This document shows, one piece after another, positions 52,135 through 64,000 of a stretch of 64,000 bases of DNA. The DNA is from Selaginella moellendorffii (lineage: Eukaryota > Plantae > Lycopodiophyta): positions 713,216-777,215 of the forward strand of contig NW_003314346.1 in assembly GCF_000143415.4 (NCBI RefSeq), in the 5' to 3' direction. Position 1 is the first letter of the stretch. Each line of letters starts with the position of its first letter. A program made the translations under genes and the position numbers. Under the pieces are notes generated by a model. The model ran no database searches, was not told the origin of the DNA, and saw nothing but the letters and a program-made list of their open reading frames with translations.

Positions 52135-52211
52135 ATGCTCCGTGGCCGTGAGATGAGAGCTTGATTCGGCTTGTTGGGAAGCGGCAGCGCACTGTGTCAC
52201 TCCCGGCTCGG
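52135..52211 (+). pseudogene. FAN1: Inverted first exon of FAN1 copy E
   Basis: ATGCTCCGTGGCCGTGAG..AGCTTGATTCGGCTTGTTGGGAAGCGGCAGCGC (MLRGRE/SLIRLVGKRQR) followed by a GTGAG donor, on the strand opposite the rest of the gene. Confidence 0.75.
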
Positions 52212-52493
52212 GTGAGCCTTTGAATTCACTAGAGCAAAAGCTTATGATATTAAGTGCACATGATTGAATTATAAAATAGATGCCTTCAAAGTTTGGTCAC
52301 CTGTATTACAGCAAACACAAAGAGATCTTCTTAGCGTGCTTCGACCAAGGGGAGAAGTTAATATCTATATGGCATTTCAAGACTATGAAGTCAATATTCC
52401 CACTCCTCAAGGCTATAAAAACTGACCCAAAATTCCATTGCACAACCACGAGTTCTCATACTATCAAGTTCTCATACTATCAATTTAAGTACC

Positions 52494-53258
52494 ATGGCAT
52501 TAGTCATGATAATGTTTATGCTATGCCTCCTGGGATTATCTCCGTTCTCTACACTAGCATCTCCCTCTAGTATTATAACTGTGTCTGTGTTTAGGAAGTT
52601 CTTTCCATCCAACATCGCAAATCCTTTCTACACATACAACGATTTCATTCTATCCCACGTTTGGAAGCTTGGGGAGTCTTGATGTTCAAAAGAGGGAACT
52701 GGCTGCCTACTTTGCAAATGTGAAGCAGGAGACTGGAAGTAAACTTGCATAGTATTTATCCATTAATCTCACTAATGTCTTTGATTGTAGCACTGCAATA
52801 CATTTGAGAGATCAACTGAAACAATGTTTATTGTGAGACTAGCCATGGGATTCCATGTCCTGCAGGTACAAAGGCTTACTGTGGAAGAGGACCTTTGCAG
52901 CTCACCAGGTAAGCTGAAAATGTTATATTCAATATTTAAAGTGTATATATACAGGAATTACAATTACAATGCTGCTGGAAAGGCTTTCAACATGAACCTC
53001 CTCCAAAATCCAGACCAGGTTGCTGAGAATGGCGTGCTTTCATGGAGGTCATCAGTGTGGTTTTGGATGCAAAATTCAAATTGCCACACCGTAATAACAC
53101 AGAACCAAAGATTTGGAGGTACAATTTGAGCCATCAATGGAGGTCAGGAGTGTGGCAAGGGCAGTGAGACACAACCTGCATAGAACCACATCAATTATTA
53201 CAAGGACTTTTGCTCACAGTTGGGTGTTTCACCAGGTGGGAACCTTGGCTGTGCTTAA
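52494..53258 (+). pseudogene. GH19 (class II-type) chitinase pseudogene, 3 exons (52494-52738, 52791-52908, 52955-53258)
   Basis: Signal peptide; FYTYNDFI; KRELAAYFANVKQETG; YCGRGPLQLT; NYNYNAAG; SVWFWM; AINGGQEC; YYKDFCSQLGVSPGGNLGC. Several stops and a frameshift. Confidence 0.9.
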
Positions 53259-53408
53259 ATAAATGTTTTTAAAGTAATGAATAAGTAATTAACTATTGAG
53301 TATGTATTAATAAAAACAAATAATAAATCTGGAAATTGGTTGTTGATGATTGCAATCTTTACAATAGCAAGAATTACTAGAGCTGAAAAGTCATGTATAA
53401 TAAAGCCG

Positions 53409-56400
53409 TGTGTGTGTATGGAATATGGAAAGGGAATACAGAAAATGTGCATATCAATTAGCCTAAAAACCCTAGTTTATATATAGGTCCAAAATGAAAC
53501 TAATCCAACAACTACCAAAATCCTACTACAGTAATATTAGTATATAGCCATACACTTGGACCTTACAGCATACCCTCCTCTCGGAATAATAGAAGATCAT
53601 TAGGGTTTTCTTGTAGATAGGCTGGGATCTAGAGGAACGTTAAGAGAAGGCATCGGTGGATCTGTACGTGATATTAGTTGTTCTTGATCCCTTTGTATGA
53701 AATATTTCAACCACTACACATGCACAATTTCTAGAGGATCGGCCTATTGGATGTCATAGTAAACCTCATAAACTTGCAGTCTAGCTTGCTGCAGCACCTG
53801 ATACAGTCCTTTCCACTGCGCAAGGAGGCTCTTAGATAAACCATATACCGTAAGATGGGGTAAACAGATTAACACAAAGTCATCCACTTTATACTCTGCA
53901 GATGGACAATGATTGGAGTTGTAGCACCGTTGTTCCACCCACTTGTATGTGGCCTAAGTGTTTGGTAGACTCTACTCGGACAAGTGGAAGAATGCTTGTC
54001 AAATATTGATCCCACGACCTAGCATCGGCAGTTCGTGGCAATCGCAAAGGTAAACCCAGCTTCGTTGGTAATATTGGATCATGACCATATAGAAGTTTAT
54101 ATGGTGAAACATCAATAAAACTCTGCACCCTTGTGATATATGTATAGCAAAGAGATGGCAAATAACCATCTTAATCCGAATGCTAAAAGTTCACATACTT
54201 TACAATCATTCCTTTGAATGTCCAAACGAGCCATTCCACCAAACCGTCTAACTGTGGATGATAAGCACGTGGCGTATCCCTAACCGAGATGTCAAAACAT
54301 GAAATGCCTTAGCCTTAAATGTGAGACCATTATCCGAAAGAATCCACTCCGAACAAAAATGCTGAAACACCATTCGATTGAGGAGGAAGTATCCAATAGC
54401 AGTTGTAAAGGCATTAACAAGAGCACTAACTTCCACCCAATGAGTTAAATAGTCAGAAGCAATAATAACATATTCATTGCCAGCAGTCAATCATGGAAAA
54501 GGTCCTATAAGATCAAATGCCACTAACTCAAATGGATGGGAAATTGCAATTGACTCCAACTGTATTTCCACGGCACAAAAGGGAGTATTACAAGCTTGGC
54601 ACGAAACATAGTTACGCACATACCAGATAACATCATGTCATATATCTGGGCAATAGAAAGACCTACATAGCTTCTCGGTCACATGACGATATTTCATATA
54701 CCCACATAGAATAGGAGAATCATGGTAAGCATGGAGAAACTATGGAATAAAGACAGAAGGCACCACCAACCGTAAAGAATTATCAAGATCCGTCCCCACA
54801 AAATAAAGAAGGCCATTTTTAAAGCGATACTGAGAATGTAAATGCCGGAATGGGAAATCATTAGCAAGTGATGTAGGATTCTCAAACCCATCTCAAAGCC
54901 TTCAAATCCATAGTTCAAGCTTTTGAGCCTTGTGAACCTTATCAAGAAAAGGAGATTTTGCTTTACACCTTGTGAACACATAACATCAAGTACAGCAACC
55001 GCCAATGGCACAAAATCCTTGTTGAGAAAATCCATAAATGCTGGAACAACAGGCTCGTAAAAAACATGAGAAGAGAGTGGAGAAGGAAGAAGAGCTTGAG
55101 AAAGGGCATCAACATCAGCCATAAAACTTTTTGGGTGATGAACAACATCAAAATCATATATCTAAAGCTTCAAAGTACACTGAGCAGTACAACCAACCAA
55201 GTTCTTTCACCTCAATAATGAAATAATAGCAGTATAATCACCTTCAAGTAACATTCAAGAACCATATAGATATGCATGAAATTTTTCAAAACCCCAAATT
55301 GCTACTAAACACTTCTCTATCGTGGAATAGTTCACCTCCGCTGGTTGTAATGTATGGCTTATATACACAATAGGATGGTGCTGACCAAGCACACTTGGGC
55401 TCTCTTGCATCAACACACTTCTAAGATCAATATCAGAGGCATCCACGTACAAAATAAAAAGTCAAGTGTAGTTAGGATATGCTAAAACCAGAGGAGTCAT
55501 CAAAAGCTCTTTGAGATCCATGAACGCTTGCTCACAATCTGGGGACCAGTTGAAAAATGATATTGATGACTTCAGCAACGCTCACAATTGTGCAATGCGA
55601 TAAAAAAGATGATTCACAAAACAACCAAGATACTACACTTTTCCCAAAAAGCGTTGCACATCATTCATAAACTTTGGAGTAGGGAACTTTAGAATAGGTA
55701 TAAGTTTATCAGGATCAACTTGCAAACCCTCATAAGAAATACAGTACCCAAGTTAAGTTGTGTCCTTGAACCCAAACACGCACTTTGACAACTTCAACTT
55801 TAAACCAATGTCCCATAGCTGATCCAACACTTTACAAACATCACAAATGTGCTTCTCCCATGTCCCCTTAGAATGGATCAAGATATCATCAATGAAGTTA
55901 ACAATCACCTTCTGTATATTGCAAAAAACTTCGTCCATCATCCGCTAGAAAGTTGCTAGAGCATTGTTTAAACTAAATGGCATCACCAAGAACTCGTACA
56001 AACCAAACGGTGTACGAAAAGTAGTCTTAAGAATATTTTCTTCAATCATCAGTACTTGCTAATACCTAGAAGCAAGATCTAGCTTGATGAACCAATGACT
56101 TTGCCCTAGACAATCCAAAAGATCAGCAATGTGAGGAAAGGTGTACACATCCGGGATCGTCACTTCATTTAATGGATGATAATCGATACAGAAATGAATA
56201 CTCCTATCAGGCTTCTTCACAAAATAAGATTCACATGCCCAAGGACTCTATAACTTCCGAATAATACCCTTCTCTAACATCTCCTTGACATTTGCAAATA
56301 AAATCTTGATCTCTTTAGATGACCGACGATGAACAGGAACCTTGATTAGATGAGCATCCCTAGTTGGAATCAGATGATGTGTGGTAATCTTGGTCCTAGA

Positions 56401-57338
56401 AGATAGGTCAAATTCAAAAAGATCAGAATACTCCTTCATAAGCCGGTCAACCACTATAGCACAAAGATGGTCGGGAGGATTGGAAAAGGGAAGAGTAGAA
56501 CAAGATAAAAATATAGAAGGAAATAATGGAGGGACAAAAGTAATGGAAGCAGAGGTAAAAGTAGAGGATGGAAAGGTATGGAAGTGAGAGGAATGGATGA
56601 AATATAAAGAAGTATGAAACAAGGGGGAGAAGCCTCAAAGTCACACTTGGCATGATTGCACTGCAACCAATCCATACCAAGGATGAGGTCAAAAACTTGA
56701 CTCGGCACCACCAACAATGACTGCAACCCAAGCTCGAGATTGCCCACACGCACAACCAGGTCCACCTCATCCCGTGCACATACATATGTATGGCCATTAC
56801 CATAAAGCCAATACAAAGAGAATAATAGGAGACATTTTGTTATAAAAATGAGCTTAGAAAGTAAACATTGGATGAACTGGTGTTGAGTGAACCCCTTGAT
56901 GATACTCCTGAAAGAAAGATGGAGAGGTTACTGACTTATTTACGCAAGGTCCCTCCGTTACTTACGTGACTCCTCACTTCCCAAATGCATCTCAGTGTCC
57001 AGACCTTCCACTACAGCAACACAAACAACACATTATTGACACCTAAGTCTCCACCCAGGAAAGGGAGGTTGCCAATCCAGAAAACACTGACAACACCAAT
57101 AAGTATGACCAACTTCATCATACGCCCAACAACAAACATCACGACCATGACCACATCCTTGCCCTTGTCCTTAGACTCGGGCAGCAGTAACCTCCATTGG
57201 AACAGCACCATCGCCCATAGGAAGTGGAGTAGAAAGATGTGTAGTGAGAAGTGGAAGAGGCGACATCTCATAACGTTATGCCAAGTGAAGAGCATCATCA
57301 AGTTTGGCTAGAGCAAGTGCATGCACAAGTTCAACAAG
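53409..57338 (-). mobile_element. Decayed Ty3/Gypsy element (family C): gag remnant-PR-RT-RNase H-IN, PPT, 3' LTR 53567-53409
   Basis: FDLILGMDWL (PR); FIDDILIHS (RT); YVDASD...YSTIEK (RNase H); YVIIASDYLTHWVE, ILSDNG and SPYKLLYG (IN). PPT GAGAGGAGGG. Confidence 0.9.
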
Positions 57339-57971
57339 TGTGAGACACAAAATCCCTAGGCAGTCGGAAGGGTGCCATGTGGTAGTGGCTGAAGCGAAAA
57401 CCAAACGAGAGTAACACGTTTGGACTAAAAGCTCCAACTTGAAAGGTCGAGAGCGGGAGTGGAACTCCCAACAAAGTGCTCAAGGAACAAGCACGAAGCA
57501 AGAAATAAGTGAGTCTCTAGAAAAGGGACACAAGAGGACCAACACATGACACGTGGCAGAGTCCGAGATGGACCCGAGAAGAAATCGAGATGGAGTCCAA
57601 GATGGACCCGAGATGGAGTCTGAGATGGACCAAGATGGAGTCCAAGATGGACCCAGATGGAGCCCAAGAGGGACCCGAGATGGAGTCCGAGATGGAGTCC
57701 GAGATGCACTGAGATGGAGTCCGAGATGCACTGAGATGGAGTCCGAGATGGACCCGAGATGAAGTCCAAGATGGAGTCCGAGATGGAGTCTAAGATGGAC
57801 TCGAGATGGAGTCTGAGAGGGACCCAAGATGGAGTCCAAGATGGACCGAGACGGAGTCCGAGATGGACCAAGACAGAGTCCGAGATGGAGTCCGAGATGG
57901 ACCCGAGATGGAATCCGAGATGGAGTCCGAGAAGCACCCGAGATGGAGTCCGAGGTTGAGACCAAGACCGG

Positions 57972-58003
<32 letters not shown>

Positions 58004-61000
58004 TCGGGGCCGAGGCCGAGTCTGAGTCTAAGTACGAGTCCGAGTTCGAGTCTGAGAGGGTGAAAGCCCAAAGCGTTCGTCTCCCAAACCCTGGGGGGTT
58101 TGGTGAGCTCCAAAAGTATAGTAGGGGGAGGACTACAGTGGAGCCAGTTTGGCCAGGAAAAGCCAGTTTGGCCCAGGAAGGCCAGACCTAGTGTTGGGTG
58201 ATGAAATGACTACTGGGAAGTCCAAGACTACAGTGAATATGGACCGACAAGTGGGGTAGCTTGGTGAAGTGTTCAAGAGCTGGCTCTAGTTCCCCCGAGA
58301 GATCGATTGGCCGATGCTCCCAATCCAAGTGTGGGTGGCACTACCTACTTGGATACCTAGTGTGGCTCAACAGAACCTCGCTCTAAGCCCATGGCTAGGG
58401 CACCTAAACGCGGAAGGTGGGGAGAGTACTCATGGGGCTTGCGTAGAGCCACAATGTTCCGAAATGTTGTCCCAAAGTCAGAAAGAAATGACGAGCGTGT
58501 GGGATTCTTCCAATGCCAAGAGCATGAGGCGCAGAAACAGGGTGAAGTCCCATTGTCCTCTAGGACTTCCTCACCACCCAACTGTATCCTTGGTCACTAC
58601 ACTAGAGGACTACTCCTCTTCCTTTCCCCAGTGGCCAGGCCTGCGGGCTTTGATCTAGTGGCAGTGTTGGTGAATATGGCCATGGATGGAAAAAGGACTT
58701 GGCAGGAACTGACAAAGGGATGTTGGGGAAGGCTATTTCCCATGTTTATGGGCATCCTAAGGATGCTAAGGAGTGGATCTGGGATGACCCCTCGTAGACG
58801 GACGGCCCAGTCTTGGAGAGATGGGATTGTAATGCAAGTGATATTGGATCACTAGTATGGCAAAGGTGAACGGGCATGGCCTTAGTGTAACGGGCCGATA
58901 TGTTAGTGGTACCTTTGGGTGTCGGTCTTGGGACTGGATACATGGAACACTTGGACCAAGTGCAAGGGATGAGTGGCATGGATGCCATTCTTGGGACTAG
59001 TAAGTCCCAAGTCTTGAATTGGATTTAAGGAGGTTGTGAATGAGACTCCTCCAAGTGGTCGGAGGTGTGGTTAAGTGACTAAAGTAGAATGGAAAATTTA
59101 GTCGTCTACAACTTGGTATCGGAGCTGTTCCTTAGTCCGACTCTTATTGGTGGCCAAGTATATCATCACTTGTATTGAAATTGGAAGGTCCTAGATATGG
59201 ACCTATCCTCGAGGAGTAGCATGTCGAGAGGACATGGCTCTCCACTCAAGTTCATGCATGAACTTGTGCACAATGTGGTGGATGGAAGAGGGCCAGTAAG
59301 GGAATGACTTTGGGATCTTGGGAACAATATAAGGGTTTCCTCAGAGAGCTGAGGATGTGATTCAGATGAGCATTTGACGTAGAAAACAGGCTAATATAGT
59401 TGTGGTAAACAATTATAGTTGGGATCACAGGAAAGATGCAAACTCTAAAACAATAAAGGAGTCATAAGATTACCCTCATATAGTTGAGGCTGGTACTTAT
59501 AATTTTGAGATTGGAATTGATGACCATGGGAGGTCAAATACAGAAGAGGACACAAATCCTTGAAATGGTAGCTGGGGCTACCTCTAATAAATGCTAGAAC
59601 AACCCAAGGAGTTGGGGGTGTACTCAAAGGATGAGTTGGTATTCTCATCACATGGACAAGTGGTCCTAAGGGGCAAAAGGTTGCCCCAAGAGAACAAATC
59701 AAGTGTCGGAGTAACACTTGCAAAGATGGTCCTTGTGAGTAGGACATGAATACAAGAAGTTATATTCCAGTTAGCTGGCACCTCAAAAGTAGGACCTCAT
59801 GGGTCGTCAAATGGCAAAGTTCAAAAAGTTGGATGACTCAAATAGAGTCAAAGGATAATCCTAAAAGATTGATGGAAGTATTTGGACTGAGGTGTGTTGT
59901 ACCCCACGAAGGATGGGGGGGGGACCATAGGATCCAAGTATAAAAACAAAAGGGTATCTCATCAATGGCAAAATGTGTCATGCTAAAGTTGTGGGAAAGG
60001 TGTTCCCCAAAAAAGAAAGCAACTTTGGCATAGAGTTGTGTGTAAACACTATGGTGCAGTGCTAATTGATAGTTGGCATGAAAAATGACTACTTTGGTCT
60101 TGGCAAAGACCTTGACACAAGTGGGGAGTGTTGTAAAGGTAGTATTGTAGAGCCGAGGGTGTGGAGACACCAAATGTGCCAAAGCGTGTTGCCTTGAGGT
60201 TAAGTTGGTGGGTTTATGAGAACCCCTTCCTAAAGGAATCCTAATGAAAATGGGAATGGCATGGCTTAAGCTGGAAGGTATGCGGTTGGAGTGTGGTGAC
60301 CCAGATAATGATGGACGTGTGGAAGCACTAAGCAATGAGTTGTAGGACTTGACAACTATGAGGCAACTAAGCAAAAGGGGCAAAATAATTGGTTAAACTG
60401 GTAGAAGGTAGTTACCTAAGACTTTTTATTGGGATAAGGAAGTTAGATATACCTTTATGGGGGAGAAGCTGCTTATGTTGCGATATAGTAAATCAATGTC
60501 ATAAAGGGAATGCTCATTGCCAAAGAAGACCATCATTGGGGCACCCAAACACTTTAAAACACCAGGAAGTGGTGTTTAATGTCACAAGGGCATTAGATAA
60601 GGTTCAAGGGACTAAGTCCCTAGCAAATGATGGATAGAAGGTGCTATCCAAACATCCAAGGTTGTGGAGACAGGAGGAATCTGTCTACCCGATTTGGACA
60701 AAGCCAAAAATGAGATTTTGGCAAGGCTAATGATGGGCATATGGAGGCTCATAAGTAGCAATGGTAATCCCGGTGTGTGGGATTATAATGTGAGCATGCC
60801 CAGATTGAGGAACCACTCCCTAAGCTAACGGGTAGGTTCATCCCTATGAATACTTGCTAAAGCATGGTAGAATGTGCAAAGCTATCCTCCTAGTCTGGAG
60901 AAGAATAACCAAAGGAAACATATAAAGCCAAAAAGCAAGTAGTATTGGGATGGAACTGAACCATAGAAATCGAAGGGCATAACCAACAGTGGTTATGCAA

Positions 61001-64000
61001 GTTGGGAGTGGAGAATCAAGAGGGTGCTCAAGGATGTTGCTCTTAGCAACCGCGATGCCATGGAAAGTCTAAAATGTGGAATCATCTATGTTAGACCATA
61101 TGGTGAGTAGGGAGCTTGCAAAGGAGCAAGCTAAGGAACAGAGTTCCTTGAAGGTTCCCAAAGACAATTCTAGATAAGTAAGTACCAAGAAAGCTAAGCG
61201 TAAATGGTTCCTAGAGCGCGCGAAATCAGAGTGGCGCAATAAAAGCGTGGTCTTGAAGCTGGCCATGAGGCGAGGCTATCAAGGTTGGGGAAGTAGTTCC
61301 CGAGTGTTCAAAGAGAGGGCTTTGAACAAAAGTCGATGGTTAAGGACTTTCACGCTTATGCATGAACCATGTTACAGTGGCCAGATGACTTGCTAAGTGA
61401 GATTGGCAAGTCAGGGGGACAAATCCCCTAGTTATCTCAGTTGCTATGGACCCTTGGCCGTAAAGGCTGGCTTGGGTGCACCGCAAAGTATGGGGGATGC
61501 CCCCGGGGTCATGGTCAATAACTTGAAGGTCTAGAAGACCAAGTACCTCTTGGCAACTCTATTAAAGTGCCAAGGTGAGACCACTAGGTGATTTTGTGGC
61601 TGAATAAGGACAAGGTCCTTGGTTGGTTAAGGAATGAAGTTCCTGGTTCAAAGTGTTGATTTGAACTATTTATGATGGTGGCGCTTGGTCAATATGACCA
61701 AGTGAGAAGAGCACCTAAGGGAAATAAACTATGTCCATGCGATGGCATAGTGAGTCCGAGGAAGGTAGTCTCTATAAGAGATCCATGGGAGGGTTACAAA
61801 GTTGGGCCAAGGATAGGGCCCACAGCCGAAAATGCTAAAGAGACGTACTAGGGATGAACACCCTCTAGACTTGGCAAAGTAGAATCTTTGCTATGGAACC
61901 GAAAGGATACCTCGAGAATGGAGGTAGTGATCCGATGTTGCTGGGTGCAACAATCAAGGATAGGAGCAAAAGACTAGTGGCTAAGAAAGAGCTATGGGAA
62001 TAATTGGAAAGAATCCGAAAGGCAACGTTAATATATTAGGTGCTAACGAATTGTGGGAAATGCAATGTGTTTCCAAGGATGGATTCCCAATTGCTCCGAT
62101 TTGGCGAAAGTGGAAGCTCCAAGGGAGGAAGCAGTAAGGTAGCCAAATGATAGGGCCATGGACAGCCTTAGCACAAATTATGATAATTAGAACTTAGTGC
62201 CCAAAGTGGCACGAAATAAAAGAGAGGTTGATGGTGCCCTCAAGTAGAGAACTTCCTAGGATAGGGAAGTGGACTTGCACAATATGTGCAATGCAAGGTG
62301 TCAGAGACACATAGGAAATTGACTTCAAGAAGTCAAAAGTAAACGTTCCAAAGTGCAAAGGTTATGTCAATGGAAACTGAGACTACTCGAGATGGAGTAA
62401 TGGGATTGAGATAGAGACAGTGTCTCTAACGGGTTTAGCAAGAACTAAACCAATAAACAAAAAGAACCACCACCAGTGGTCCAATCAGTCTCTAAGTTGG
62501 AGAGATTATCCTCCTTAGAGGATAGGCAAGGCATGGTAAGCCTTCAGTATCAAACCATTGACAAATATTGGCAAGGTGCCAAGAATGGAAAGGGTAATAC
62601 ATGTTGGTATTACTTTATAAAATAGTTTATCGTTCAATGAGGACATCGAACTTCGTTTATAGGTGGTGGAGTTGTGAGACACAAAATCCCTAGGCCCCAA
62701 AGTGGAGCCGGAAGGGTGCCATGTGGTAGTGGCTGAAGCGAAAACCAAACGAGCGTAACATGTTTGGACTAAAAGCTCCAACTTGAAAGGTCGAGAGCGG
62801 GAGTGGAACTCCCAACGAAGTGCTCAAGGAACAAGCACGAAGCAAGAAATAAGTGAGTCTCTAGAAAAGGGACACAAGAGGACCAACACATGACACGTGG
62901 CAGAATCCGAGATGGACCCGAGAAGGACCCGAGATGGAGTCCAAGATGGACCCGAGATGGAGTCCGAGATGGACCAAGATGGAGTCCAAGAGGGACCCAA
63001 GATGGAGTCCGAGATGGACTAAGATGGAGTCTGAGATGGACCCGAGATGGAGTCCGAAATGGAGTCCGAGATGGAGTCTGAGATAAACCCGAGATGGAGT
63101 TCGAGAAGGACCCAAGATGGAGTCCGAGATGGACCGAGACGGAGTCCGAGATGGACCGAGATAGAGTCTGAGATGGAGTCCAAGATGGACCCGAGATGGA
63201 TTCGAGATGGAGTCCGAGAAGGACCTGAGATGGAGTCCGAGGTCGAGACCGAGACCGGGACCGATACCGAGACTGGGACCAAGACCGAGTCTGAGTTTGA
63301 GTTCGAGTTCGAGTCCAAGTCCGAGTCTGAGTCCGAGTCTGAGTCCGAGTCTGAGTTTGAGTCTGAGAGGGTGAAAGCCTAAAGCATTCATCTCCCAGAC
63401 CCTAGGGGGTTTGGTGAGCTCCAAAAGTATAGTAGGGGGAGGACTGTAGTGGAGCCAATTTGGCCAGGAAAGGCCAGTTTGGCCTAGGAAGGCCAGACCT
63501 AGTGTTGGGTGATGAACTAACCACTAGGAAGTCCAAGACTAGAGTGAATATGGATCGACAAGCGGGGTAGCATGGTGAAGTGTTCAAGAGCTAGTTCCCC
63601 TAGGAGATCGATTGGCTGATGCTCCCAGTCCAGGTGTGGGTGGCACTACCTACTTGGATACCTAGTGTGGCTCAACGGAACCTCGCTCTAAGCCTATGGC
63701 TAGGGCACTTAAACGCGGAAGGTGGGGAGAGTACCCATGGGGCTCGCGTAGGGCCACGGTGTTCCGAAATGTTGTCCCGAAGTCCCAAATGGGGGAAAGG
63801 AGGAGGAGTAGTCCTCTAGTGTAGTGACTACGGATACGGTCACATGGTGAGGAAGTCCCAGAGTGACAGGGGACTTAGTGGCCAGGCTTGGCAGCTTTGA
63901 TCTAGTGGCAGTGTTAGTGAACATGGCCATGGACGGAAAAGGGACTTGGTAGGAACTGACAAAGGGATGTTGGGGAAGGTTATTCCCCATGTCTGTGGGC
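57339..64000 (+). mobile_element. Family-A non-autonomous LTR element: 5' LTR 57339-59110, PBS 59114-59125, non-coding internal region, PPT 62661-62671, 3' LTR from 62673 to beyond the window end
   Basis: Both LTRs start TGTGAGACAC; PBS TGGTATCGGAGC; no recognisable gag/pol ORF. Inserted in the gag region of the family-C Gypsy. Confidence 0.88.

Overview
Eukaryotic, almost certainly land-plant DNA: short GT-AG introns, TTTAGGG repeats, plant-type FAN1 and a GH19 chitinase. The very short introns would fit a lycophyte such as Selaginella, but the organism is an inference. The window is mostly nested, decayed LTR retrotransposons (Gypsy, Copia and non-autonomous families) mixed with at least five broken FAN1 copies, kelch-like fragments and a chitinase pseudogene. 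There is one 100-N gap. The standout is a complete ~12.36-kb TIR DNA transposon (593-12950) inserted in a FAN1 copy, carrying two divergent genes. The first is a ~1030-codon Sola-like/DUF7869-type transposase. The second is an 11-exon, ~1640-codon gene whose product appears to join a ParB-like domain, a degenerate beta-class DNA amino-methyltransferase fold, an acidic linker and an FCP1/NIF HAD phosphatase-like domain. The element, but not the other ~51 kb, carries more than 20 copies of a 22-bp palindrome ATGGCRTG-N-GGCC-N-CAYGCCAT in introns, UTRs and coding sequence. My hypothesis is a transposon-encoded protein plus its own cognate cis-sites (parS-like or VANC-like self-recognition/anti-silencing). 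Domain calls come from manual motif reading and need HMM or structure confirmation.
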